A stretch of DNA of 64,000 nt, taken from positions 547,883 through 611,882 of the forward strand of contig NMRA01000059.1 in the NCBI GenBank assembly GCA_002633005.1. The letters run 5' to 3'. Every line of letters starts with the position of its first letter. Position 1 is the stretch's first letter. The translations under genes were made by a program, and so were the position numbers. The notes under the pieces were generated by a model that was given only the letters and a program-made list of their open reading frames with translations, searched no databases and was not told the origin of the DNA. Positions 35,401 to 46,482 of the stretch are shown here, in pieces. The DNA comes from Phoronis australis. Its lineage: Eukaryota; Animalia; Phoronida.

Positions 35401-38400
35401 AATGATATATATGGACTCAACGGGTGATGTAATGCAGTGTGTGTGTGCACGCGCATATGTCATGGATTTGTTTGTGTGTCAATAGTTTTACATGTGGGAG
35501 TGTGGGCTCATGTGCAACTTGCACGTGTGAGTGCACACACATGCATGTGTGAGTGCACACACATGCACGTGTGAGTGCACACACATGCACGTGTGAGTGC
35601 ACACACATGCACGTGTGAGTGCACACACATGCACGAATGTGTATCTGTGAGCAGATGGTTATACCAATGTATGTATAAATGTGTCTCCTTGAATTTCAAT
35701 GAAAAATAGTAATGAAACACGATTGTGTAAATATTATGCTGGGTCTGTATTTTTTTTGAAATATTTTTGCTACTGATTTGTCCAATTTTTCAAACAAGAG
35801 TTCAGGGATCAATTCTTTTGAACTTATCATCCACGATCATCCCGTTCTGTAGATTCACATTCTTAAGCATTTGAAGTTGTCAGAATATTGTGATGATCTT
35901 TTCCAGCTCTTCATGGCGGTGCTGTGGTCACTGTTAGAAATATTCAATATATTTACCTACTATGAGCTAAGGGATCTTAAGACGCAAGATGCAGAAGGTG
36001 TCATAACAACACACAACATAAATTACCAAGCAGTCGAAAACAGCGAAGCCAGCATCGAGTCGGTTAATAGCCCACTATTAGACTCGCAAGGCGGAACGCC
36101 ATCTGTGAGTGCAAGTGAAGGTCGTGCTTTATCAAAGACCGTGGTCACTAGAAGCCCTAGTGCTGGTTCAGAGTATGGCAGTGTCAAGTCACGCTCGAGT
36201 GATTCTGAATTTGGCAGTGTACATACTGATTATGGGAGTGTGCGAACTCAGACGAGTATGTTTTCCGGTGTGGACAAAGATGTTGATGAAGTTACAAGCT
36301 GGCCCGTATCTGATTCACACCAAACGTATACTTCCAGTTTAGATCCCTCGCGGGAAGTGGAAAAATCCTGGACCACGTCCTCATCGCATTATCAGACTTG
36401 TGAGTCTAGTGGAAGTGGACATTCCAATTTCTTGCAATCCTCAGAGTTGATCGAATCTGCTGAGAAACAGATTTCTCAACATGGCTCCCCAATATTAAGT
36501 AATACAGACCAGACGAGCGTGCAAGACCATTCCAGTACTCAGGTGCCAGAGGAATCAATTAAGAATGACAAAAGTGGTGACAAGAAGCTCACTTTGAGGT
36601 TTCTTTATCAAGGTATTCCACTGTATGACTCTACATACACTAATAAATGTTTGGGGCATTGTTGCACCACAACTCAATCTATTTGTCCAGATCTTCGGTA
36701 AATTTTCCCTTTTTGGCTGACCATTAGGAGCAGATTATTAGCCAGTATTGTACTTAATAGATAGTGTGACTGACCATTAGGAGCAGATTATTTGCCAGTA
36801 TTGTACTTAATAGACAGTGTGACTAACCATTAGGAGCAGATTATTTGCCAGTATTNTGTGAGTGCACACACATGCACGTGTGAGTGCACACACATGCACG
36901 TGTGAGTGCACACACATGCACGTGTGAGTGCAACACACATGCACGAATATGTATCTGTGAGTAGATGGTTATACCAATGTATACATGTGTCTCCTTGAAT
37001 TTCAATGAAAAATAGTAATGAAACATGATTGTGTAAATGTTATGCTGGGTCTGTATTGTTTTTTGAAATATTTTTGCTACTGATATGTCCAATTTTTCAA
37101 ACAAGAGTACAGGGATCAATTCTTTTGAACTTATCATCCACGATCATGCCGTTCTGTAGTTTCACACTCTTAAGCATTTGAAGTTGTCAGAATATTGTGA
37201 TGATCTTTTCCAGCTCTTCATGGCGGTGCTGTGGTCACTGTTAGAAATATTCAATATATTTACCTACTATGAGCTAAGGGATCTTAAGTCACAAGATGCA
37301 GAAGGTGTCATAACGACACACAACATAAATTACCAAGCAGTCGAAAACAGCGAAGCCAGCATCGAGTCGGTTAATAGCCCACTATTAGACTCGCAAGGCG
37401 GAACGCCATCTGTGGGTGCAAGTGAAGGTCGTGCTTTATCAAAGACCGTGGTCACTAGAAGCCCTAGTGCTGGTTCAGAGTATGGCAGTGTCAAGTCACG
37501 CTCGAGTGATTCTGAATTTGGCAGTGTACATACTCATTATGGGAGTGTGCGAACTCAGACGAGTATGTTTTCCGGTGTGGACAAGGATGTTGATGAAGTT
37601 ACAAGCTGGCCCGTATCTGATTCACACCAAACTTATACTTCCAGTTTAGATCCCTCGCGGGAAGTGGAAAAATCTGGGACCACGTCCTCATCGCATTATC
37701 AGACTTGTGAGTCTAGTGCAAGTGGACATTCCAATTTCTTGCAATCCTCAGAGTTGATCGAATCTGCTGAGAAACAGATTTCTCAACATGGCTCCCCAAT
37801 ATTAAGTAATGCAGACCAGACGAGCGTGCAAGACCATTCCAGTACTCAGGTGCCAGAGGAATCAATTAAGAATGACAAAAGTGGTGACAAGAAGCTCACT
37901 TTGAGGTTTCTTTATCAAGGTATTCCACTGTTTGACTGTACATACACTAATAAATGTTTGGAGCATTGTTGCACCACAACTCAATGAGTTGTCCAGATCT
38001 TCAGTAAATTTTCCCTTTTTGGCTGACCATTAGGAGCAGATTATTTGCCAGTATTGTACTTAATAGACAGTGTGACTGACCATTAGGAGCAGATTATTTG
38101 CCAGTATTGTACTTAATAGTGACTGACCATTAGGAGCAGATTATTTGCCAGTATTGTACTTAATAGACAGTGTGACTGACCATTAGGAGCAGATTATTTG
38201 CCAGTATTGTACTTAATATATAGTGTGATGGGTATCTAGTGTTTCTAACACCATTTCCGTTGTGCTTGCTTATTTGGATGTTTTGTTTCATATCTTGTCT
38301 AATTTTAAATTTTAAGCACACAATGCTGATTGCGGTCATATACAATATGTAATGTTTGAGTTGACAGTGGATGCCAGAACTGGTCTGGCTGGTCTGTGGC

Positions 38401-41400
38401 TGCCGGACCAATATTTTCCATGAAATACATCGGAATAGGAATTTCAAAGCTTCTAGAGACTTCAGTTATCAAAATTTAACAGGGACCCCCCATTGCCGAC
38501 GTTGACGGTCATTTGCCAAACCACTATGAAAATGCTTCCGATGACACTGCTGTACCACTTGTTTGTTTGTCTTCTTGATTATGATGCTAAAATGAAGTTG
38601 CCATTGCATTTGAATTTCTGGTTCTGGGCATCCAAAGGTCCTTCAGAAAGGTTCTCGACTTGGCTTGGAAACAAGGGAGAAAATTTGTTTTGTCAGTCTT
38701 TTCGTCTAAATAAACAAAACGTGGAATTCATTGTAACCACGGCTTGTGTAGTACCGTACTCTTGGCAATGAGCAACACGTGACCTGGGATTTTGTCTTTG
38801 TATTCAAAATTCAACTCATAAATTGGCCACTTACGTGGAATGCTTTGAGTAAACTAAAAATTTGTACTCACAGTCAATTTTTGAGTCTGATTCAAGCCTG
38901 AGTTCGGGGATTAGACCAAGTTCCAGGGATAAGTGAAGCATTTTAGCAATTTAATCATTATTAGCATGCAACTCTGACGTTTTATTTTCAGAATACTTAC
39001 GAGAAGAGATCGTAGTTATCCTTGCTTCAGTCTTCATGAGCATGTTTAGCCAGCTGAGTTTGGAAGTGAGTACAGTTGTAGTTTGGAAGTGAGTACAGTT
39101 GTAGTTTGGAAGTGAGTACAGTTGTAGTTTGGAAGTGAGTACAGTTGTAGTTTGGAAGTGAGTACAGTTGTAGTTTGGAAGTGAGTACAGTTGTAGTTTG
39201 GAAGTGAGTACAGTTGTAGTTTGGAAGTGAGTACAGTTGTAGTTTGGAAGTGAGTACAGTTGTAGTTTGGAAGTGAGTACAGTTGTAGTTTGGAAGTGAG
39301 TACAGTTGTAGTTTGGAAGTGAGTACAGTTGTAGTTTGGAAGTGAGTACAGTTGTAGTTTGGAAGTGAGTACAGTTGTAGTTTGGAAGTGAGTACAGTTG
39401 TAGTTTGGAAGTGAGTACAGTTGTAGTTTGGAAGTGAGTACAGTTGTAGTTTGGAAGTGAGTACAGTTGTAGTTTGGAAGTGAGTACAGTTGTAGTTTGG
39501 AAGTGAGTACAGTTGTAGTTTGGAAGTGAGTACAGTTGTAGTTTGGAAGTGAGTACAGTTGTAGTTTGGAAGTGAGTACAGTTGTAGTTTGGAAGTGAGT
39601 ACAGTTGTAGTTTGGAAGTGAGTACAGTTGTAGTTTGGAAGTGAGTACAGTTGTAGTTTGGAAGTGAGTACAGTTGTAGTTTGGAAGTGAGTACAGTTGT
39701 AGTTTGGAAGTGAGTACAGTTGTAGTTTGGAAGTGAGTACAGTTGTAGTTTGGAAGTGAGTACAGTTGTAGTTTGGAAGTGAGTACAGTTGTAGTTTGGA
39801 AGTGAGTACAGTTGTAGTTTGGAAGTGAGTACAGTTGTAGTTTGGAAGTGAGTACAGTTGTAGTTTGGAAGTGAGTACAGTTGTAGTTTGGAAGTGAGTA
39901 CAGTTGTAGTTTGGAAGTGAGTACAGTTGTAGTTTGGAAGTGAGTACAGTTGTAGTTTGGAAGTGAGTACAGTTGTAGTTTGGAAGTGAGTACAGTTGTA
40001 GTTTGGAAGTGAGTACAGTTGTAGTTTGGAAGTGAGTACAGTTGTAGTTTGGAAGTGAGTACAGTTGTAGTTTTGGTGGCAATAAAGTCACAACTTGGCA
40101 TGTTGCGCAAGTTTGTTACAGGAATTTCACGGTGTACTGTGTGTTCCAGAATGTTTCGTGCAATGCACTTGCAATGGTATGGGGATTTTAATTGAGCACC
40201 CTGTAATGAAACAAGTCTCCGAATATATAGCAAATATACCGTTTCCACCATCATTTCATAGCTGCTATGATTTTACATAGGACAATATGCCCTCTAGTTG
40301 TCTTCATCAGCAATATGGAGTGAGTGCACTGCAAGGGTGAAGCACTGGTTGACAATTTCCTGACTAATTGTGATCACAGATTTTCATTCACGTTGTATAA
40401 TTATCTACAAATTAATGGCTCCATGGTATAAAGAGAAATTTCTCTGTATTTATTGTTTGGTATAATGTTTCTTTTTAGACAATTGCCACACCTATGTCAC
40501 AAGAGTATTTGAACTGGAAAGAGATGGAAAACAGTATATTTTACTGTCTCGCAGGTGTTGAGGTGAGAAAAGTTTGAGATGGACTTGAAAGGAAGTTGTA
40601 TTTGTATTTTGAATTAGTTAATTTGTTGCTGAGGGAATACGTGACATGGTGGGACAGTTTTCTTCTCTGACCATGCACTCTGTGTACGCGTGTTGATTTT
40701 TTTGTGCTAAGTAAAATGCAACGAAGTCGATAAACTTTTTAGAATTTGGATAATTGCATTATGGACAAAGTTGATAGAGGCTTGTGCTGTGCGAGTGCTT
40801 TATTTAAGTCAACATGTTTCAAGATATTCCTTCCTTAGCTTTCCTCAGTTTACAGCATGAAACAAGTTGTGGATTGAAAGACATCCCTAAATTAGGATTA
40901 CTTCATTAATTACAGCTGCCCTGAATGTTTGTCATTTTAACCGTCTGCACCCGCTATAGGTAGCAGTGCCTTATTGCACTAACCAGATTTTCCTATCGAC
41001 GAATGGTTGTTTTAATATTAGAATGCTTTGATGGTTTCTAAGGAATAGCTCAAGCCATGCATCTCAACCAAACTTTTAGAATATGAATTAAGGCATGTAT
41101 TCAAGGCGGAACTTTATTGATTGCTTGTGAAACCGGCGTGTAACAGTCTCTTCCGTTTCTTAAAAATATTGAAGGTTCATCAGCACAAAGTCACATTTGA
41201 CCCCGTGACCTCTCCTCTTGAGTGTCATGAAGAGAAAACAACTTGTTTTTTGTGTTGCGTTCCATCGGTACGGAACTCAATAACAAGATGCCGATTTATA
41301 TAATAGATACCAAGTAAATAATGAATATAGTGTTTGGTTATGAATCTATGCCAACTGTGCAACAATATTGCGATTTTGTTATGTCTTCCAGATTATTCTC

Positions 41401-44400
41401 AAGTCTGTAGGCTTTGGTGGCCAGCTTCAAATTGACTGCTAGTGAGACAGTTTTTCAAAATCNTGTAGTTTGGAAGTGAGTACAGTTGTAGTTTGGAAGT
41501 GAGTACAGTTGTAGTTTGGAAGTGAGTACAGTTGTAGTTTGGAAGTGAGTACAGTTGTAGTTTTGTTGGCAATAAAGTCACAACTTGGCATGTTGCTCAA
41601 GTTTGTTACAGGAATTTCTCGGTGTACTGTTTGTTCCAGATTGTTTCTTGCAATGCACTTGCAATGGTATGGGGATTTTAATTGAGCACCGTGTAATGAA
41701 ACAAGTCTCCGAATAGATAGCAAATACACCGTTTCCACCATTATTTCATAGCTGCTATGATTTGACACAGGACAATATGCCCTCTAGTTGTCTTCATCAG
41801 CAATATGGAGTGAGAGCACTGCAAGGGTGAAACACTGGTTGACAATTTCCTGACTAACTGTGATCACAGATTTTCATTCACATTGTATAATTGTCTACAA
41901 AGTAATGGCTCCGTGGTATAAAGGGAAATTTATCTGTATTTATTGTTTGGTATAATGTCAGTTTCTTTTCAGACAATTGCCACACCTATGTCTCAAGAGT
42001 ATTTGAACTGGAAAGAGATGGAAAATAGTATATTTTACTGTCTCGCAGGTGTTGAGGTAAGAAAAGTTTGAGATGGACTTGAAAGCATGTGTATTTGAAT
42101 TTTGAATTAATTAATTTGTTGGTGAGGGGATACCTGACATGGTGGGACAGTTTTCTTCTCTGGCCACGCACTCTGTGTACGCGTGTTTAGTTTTTTGTGC
42201 TAAGTAACATGCATCGAAGTCGATGAACTTTTTAGAATTTGTATAATTGCATTATGGATAAAGTTGATAGAGGCTTGTGCTCTGCAAGTGCTTTATTTAA
42301 GTCAACATGTTTCAAGATATTCCTTCCTTAGCTTTCCTCAGTTTACAGCATGAAACAAGTTGTAGATTGAAAGACATCCCTAAATTAGGATAACTTCATT
42401 AATTACAGCTGCCCTGAATGTTTGTCATTTTAACCGTCTGCACCCGCTATAGGTAGCAATGGCTTATTGCACTAACCAGATTTTCCTATTGACAAATGAC
42501 TGTTTTAATATTAGAATGCTTTGATGGTTTCTAAGGAATAGCTCAAGGCATGCATTTCAGCCAAACTTTTAGAATATGAATCAAGGCGTGTATTCATGGC
42601 GGAACTTTATTGATTGCTTGTGAAACCGGCGTGTAACAGTCTCTTCCGTTTCTTAAAAATATTGAAGGTTCATCAGCACAAAGTCACATTTGACCCCGTG
42701 ACCTCTCCTCTTGAGTGTCATGAAGAGAAAACAACCTGTTTTTTGTGTTGTGTTCCATCGGTACGGAACTCAATAATAAGATGCCGATTTATATAATAGA
42801 TACCAAGTAAATAATGAATATAGTGTTTGGTTATGAATCTATGCCAACTGTGCAACAATATTGCGATTTTGTTATGTCATGAAATGTTCCAGATTATTCT
42901 CAAGTCTGTAGGCTTTGGTGGCCAGCTTCAAATTGACTGCTAGTGAGACAGTTTTTCAAAATCAATTTATTGCCATTCAGTTGTAGTTGCCAGTTTGCAG
43001 CTGCATCTTAAAACTTATGTTCTAAATTCTGTATATTATGGACAAGTTTAAAACAATTAATGCCGTGTTAAAAGAGTATCATTTGAGACAAAGTTTTGAC
43101 AAAACTGATTTTTGTAAAAATATTGACATTTTTTAACTGTAGTGACTGGAAAGATTATCTTAATGTTTTGCATAATTTGGTCCGTGGTTGTGTTTGTCTG
43201 TGGTACGAATTCATAGTTTTCCTTTCAGATTATCCTAGTCTTTGCCATTGTTCACTTCCTGAGCAAAAGACTTCAAGATCGGACATTGATTGTGTTAGGG
43301 CTCATTGTGAATGCAGTAGCATTGGCTTGGATGGTCTATATCATGTCAGTCATCCAAGTCTGTAAGTTTTTATGGTGATTACAGGTGGTTTAACCCTGTC
43401 AATATAAGGTTTAACTTTGTGAACACAAGGTGTAACCCCGTGAACATATTGCTAAATTTAAGATTGCATGTCACTTTGATTTTGCATTTGTTAAAATAAT
43501 TCCTGATACACATTTAGTTTTCCAGTAGTTTACAGTGTCTAGGGTGGAGGTCTAGACAGTATTTTTTTTTTCAGTCCAAGTAGCTACATTATGTGTTCTA
43601 ATGTTTTTGTCACATGTATGGTAAATGTTTGATGTGCCTGATTTTACTGATGAAAATTCAGCGATGGTTATCTCCTGTTCATGTATATTCATTTGTTGAA
43701 TACTCCCTACAGTGGTTGTAAACGAAAGCTGAAAAATTATCTGGACAATTTTTGCAAGATCTTTGTCACTTTTTTATTGAGTTGTGTTTTGAAAACGCGC
43801 AATGTCAAGGAACAGATTTAAGTAAATGACTTTCTCTTCATTCTTCTCAGTACTGCTGTATTCTCTTCTTCTAGATTCACCAGACAACTATTCTTCAAAT
43901 CTTGCCTACTTTATAATTGGTGTCAGTCTAGACATATTTGGATTACCATTCATTGCTGTCTGCAGTGTGTCCCTGTACTCAAAAGTTACTGATGAGCAGT
44001 CGCAGGGTGAGTAAGTGTGGAAATATACAAATTCTTATGTGTTCAAGGAAGTGTGGTAATGAAAACTTATGGAGGATTTGTTCATGATGCTATCAGGCGG
44101 ATTACTTGAGACACAATTCAGTACATAATAATAAATTGAATGTATTCGATCATCTTCATCTAACCTGAGTATTTATATATCATTTATTTATTGTACATCA
44201 TAGGCACTGCCTGCATATACATAAATACATAAATTCAAATGTATATCCAAAGTTCTTCTCTTAAAGCCATAGCCTTCTGAATATACAATGCAAGATGTAA
44301 GATGCATTGCCTAACAGAAAAGTGGATGGAAACGATCCTAGGGCAGCACTTCTTTTATTCCATTCTCTAAACATCAGACAAGCAAGCACCAAACCCTGCT

Positions 44401-46482
44401 ACAAATAACTGGACTTGCGCCCAAAATTTCACTGGTGCTGAAAATGCTCAATACCTGGTGACCAAATTCTAGAGCCGGGGACCAGATTCTTCACTTGTAG
44501 AGTCCCTTCGACTGAATTTTGGTCACATAGGAGATTTTTGGTGAAGAGTGTAGAGGTAGCTGGAATTTAAAGGCACTGTCATGGAATTGTTTCTACCATC
44601 TGGGAAAGGAACATCTTGGATACAGTTGGCTCATGTTTGATCAACAGCCATCTTACACTAGTCAAAGAAAAACTGGTAATTTACCAGAATTCCAGAAGCA
44701 TTAGCTATGATTCATGCATGCCCTCACAATAATAACTTGAGCCGTGTTTTGGAATGGTTAATTGTCTACAGCAGCCGCTCTGACTCTGTTTCACTTCTAG
44801 TTTTCACCAAGAGCACATTCAACTGAATTTCACAGAGTACAATTGATAACCCATATTTTGGGAGACACAACCGAGCATTTACAATAAATTGAACATTTTT
44901 GACTGTTTATGGCTGCAATCATCTTCAGAATGGTGGTTCGGTGATCTTGCAGTCACGTGGTGAAGTTCCCGCCTTGGGCCATGTAATACGACGTCATAAA
45001 TGTCAGAAAGAGGGCAGTAACCTCTGCCGCACTTCATGAGCTCATTGCTCGCTTTCCTAATAATTAGATTTTTGCGTATCTAGTGTGTTTTCTCTCTGGT
45101 AACTTGGGCAACAATTGTGGCTCATGAAAATCACATGATATTTGACTTACCATTCAGATGAAATTATTTAATGAGTATTATATCTTGTCTCCATTAGGCT
45201 TTAGTCAGGGTTTGCGACGGAGTGTCTCAGGTGTGGCCTTCATTCTTGGACCTCTTTGGGCCGGTGCATTGCTCAAGCGACTGCAGTTATTATTTGCCAT
45301 AAATCTGGGACTTATCATTCTTGTATTGGTGAGTTGTAGGTCATCACTGTGTACATTTTGGCTGTTTTTGTTTGTGCCAGGTAAGAGTATTAACTTTGAG
45401 AGTACTCAAAGAAGCGGATCACCAAGAGTGTACTGTGTATAACTTGTGATTTTAGCATGCTCTTCAATGCAACTGAAACTTTCTAAATCACATTGACATT
45501 TTTAAGTTTATGGGAAGGGACCTTACAACTTATTCTTGCCTGATGAAGTCTATGATATGCCTAGTTGAACGTAGCCATGTCCATCTGGCGTTTTATCTGC
45601 CAAACAGCTCAATAAATGTGTTCCTGTTGATGCAAGCCTGGTTGTTGTTGATGTTTGAGCAATTTTGATTACTGCTATGCCCTCTAGTGGCATTTTTGCA
45701 TTTGCCTCAATATCTAGTAAGTTTGATAAAATGATTCTTATGAAATGTTCCAATTTAAGTTTTATTTAAGCAAGAATAGCACCCACTGACTTTTGGACAG
45801 TTTTGACTTGTGCCGTGCCCCCTAGTGGCTATTTTGTTAGTTTTGATATCCACGTCTCTTTCTGCCAAACACCTTGAAGAATCATCATGGCATATGAGAT
45901 CCCATAAGGCCACAGTGTGACTGGCATCAATTGTTGGAACGACTCGACTGCTGCAGTGCCCACTAGTAGTAGTTTTCTTTGCTGCAATCTAAACGTCTAC
46001 CAGGATAGGGAATGCCTATTTTTGGATGACCTAGATCTGTACTCCTGGCCACAGACACAATTTTAAGCTTACTACACAAGTGTTGCTCACCGAAGGGGAG
46101 GAAATACCATTTGTGATACTCACAATGGCAACTTATCAACTCTCCGTGTTGAGTTAGAATACAATAATTATGAAAAGTTACATTTTTGAAAAATAATTTC
46201 CGCACAGGTTGACCTTATCCTTAATTTATTTAATTTGTAACATTGATTATTTCGTAGCACATGATTTAACTTTGCAAATTGCTTCAGAACGCTCATTCCC
46301 GTGGAGTGTATTGATAACTGCGTGGTACGTTGATTGAATACTGGCTTCACTTTACATTCCAGTTTCTGTCGATGTTGTCTTTCAAGCGACTGAATATTAA
46401 TAAATTTGTCAAGAATGAAGACAAGACAAGTGTGACTGAGGATGAGTCTAAGCCACTTTTAAACCATTCCTCGAGTGCCTAG
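14443..46482 (+). CDS. MFSD8/CLN7-like major facilitator superfamily transporter, 12 exons, ~635 aa
   Basis: Exons 14443-14518, 31974-32097, 32608-32735, 33652-33771, 35283-35362, 35907-36612 (second copy 37214-37919), 38992-39065, 40479-40562 (second copy 41973-42056), 43229-43361, 43875-44006, 45198-45328, 46363-46482. All GT-AG, phases consistent, 1908 nt in total. Motifs: GGVEYAVILPTLWLY, motif-A-like FGRWSD, GRLIAGVG, GPFPVNKYTSPG, SLYSKVT, QGLRRSV...ILGPLWAG; C-terminal ESKPLL dileucine signal. Confidence 0.88.
15513..27049 (+). CDS. Sola3-type DDD transposase, 10 exons, ~1220 aa, apparently intact
   Basis: Exons 15513-15909, 17758-17846, 18464-18532, 19208-19282, 20030-20134, 21033-21107, 21663-21755, 22829-24713, 25057-25377, 26496-27049 (3663 nt, open, GT-AG). 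N-terminal Cys/His cluster (VCPRHR...CCYPGH...ICGSC), core IIDWAMKFLP, DFFGKRGKSWH, RSDNAGCYH, QHGKDICDR, C2H2-like CKEPDC...H...H, C-terminal helical QIANFFSRL. The small middle exons are less certain than the core. Confidence 0.82.
16086..16479. mobile_element. PIF/Harbinger-like MITE nested in transposase intron 1
   Basis: ~40-bp TIRs ggcccggtctc(t/c)aatcttt.tactcgaaa; CTG 3-bp TSD on both sides. Confidence 0.8.
16829..16998 (+). mobile_element. Copy of the CAG...CTG MITE family nested in the transposon (contains an N run)
   Basis: agtggcggatttagggg...ctaaaattctccc...aaaatcctggatc, similar to 10993-11150. Confidence 0.65.
22829..24713 (+). CDS. Transposase catalytic-core exon
   Basis: Uninterrupted 1885-nt exon (ORF track 22898-24727) with the three putative catalytic Asp motifs. 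Confidence 0.92.
27330..28356. repeat. Diverged ~130-bp tandem array, each unit carrying a CTCF-like motif
   Basis: GCGCCTCCTAGTGGCC 27450, GTGCTTCCTTGTGGCA 27588, GCACCCCCTAGTGGCA 27731, GCGCCTCCTAGTGGTA 27988, GCGCCATCTAGTGGCC 28253, weaker copies at ~27335, 27849 and 28114; ~420-bp higher-order repeat (27360 vs 27782). Confidence 0.7.
30887..31180. other. Empty-site (transposon-free) copy of the insertion locus, after an N join
   Basis: 30887-30920 = 14711-14744, single TTAA at 30921-30924, 30925-31180 = 30630-30885. Confidence 0.92.
31553..31850 (+). mobile_element. Penelope-like retroelement 3' remnant (GIY-YIG endonuclease C-terminus)
   Basis: Translates GTRIKE.../VIGEHTINTANIVDWDNAKVLASEDHWSSRKFKEAVFIRKRQPTMNRDQGPQLPP, followed by a degenerate hammerhead-like ttgaaaaagaccct-tagatg-aggtttgaaatg. 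Confidence 0.75.
32882..33189. mobile_element. Diverged relative of the Harbinger-like MITE at 16086
   Basis: cagggttcaggttctaatttttttactggaaatcgaacttgaaa ... ttcaagttcaatttcgaatgcaaatattagacccttgccccg. Confidence 0.55.
35521..35636. repeat. 22-bp minisatellite gcacgtgtgagtgcacacacat (~5 copies; repeated at 36857-36946)
   Basis: Direct tandem copies visible in the sequence. Confidence 0.85.
36716..36855. repeat. ~52-bp minisatellite (also 38023-38228)
   Basis: Tandem ctgaccattaggagcagattatttgccagtattgtacttaatagacagtgtga. Confidence 0.85.
36857..38160 (+). other. Near-identical second copy of ~35550-36855 including MFS exon 6; probable haplotype duplication at N join
   Basis: Starts right after N 36856 inside a minisatellite; 6 amino-acid differences in the exon. 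Confidence 0.75.
39057..40068 (+). repeat. 44 perfect copies of 23-bp AGTTTGGAA|GTGAGTACAGTTGT (exon end plus 5' splice site)
   Basis: 1012 bp / 23 = 44 units; unit 1 contains the last 9 coding nt of MFS exon 7 and its GTGAGT donor. Confidence 0.95.
41464..42962 (+). other. Near-identical second copy of ~39980-41462 including MFS exon 8; probable haplotype duplication at N join
   Basis: Starts after N 41463 inside the 23-bp array; scattered SNPs and indels. Confidence 0.75.

Noticed and set aside
35417-35720. Cys/His-rich ORFs resembling metallothionein
   Set aside because: Translations of the 22-bp TG/CA minisatellite
39057-40068. CRISPR-like regular array
   Set aside because: Head-to-tail identical units with no spacers, no cas genes, eukaryotic context
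39027-40254. 354-aa and 402-aa minus-strand ORFs of repeated TTVLTSKLQLYSLPNYNCTHFQT
   Set aside because: By-product of a stop-free 23-bp repeat antisense to an intron; no independent coding evidence
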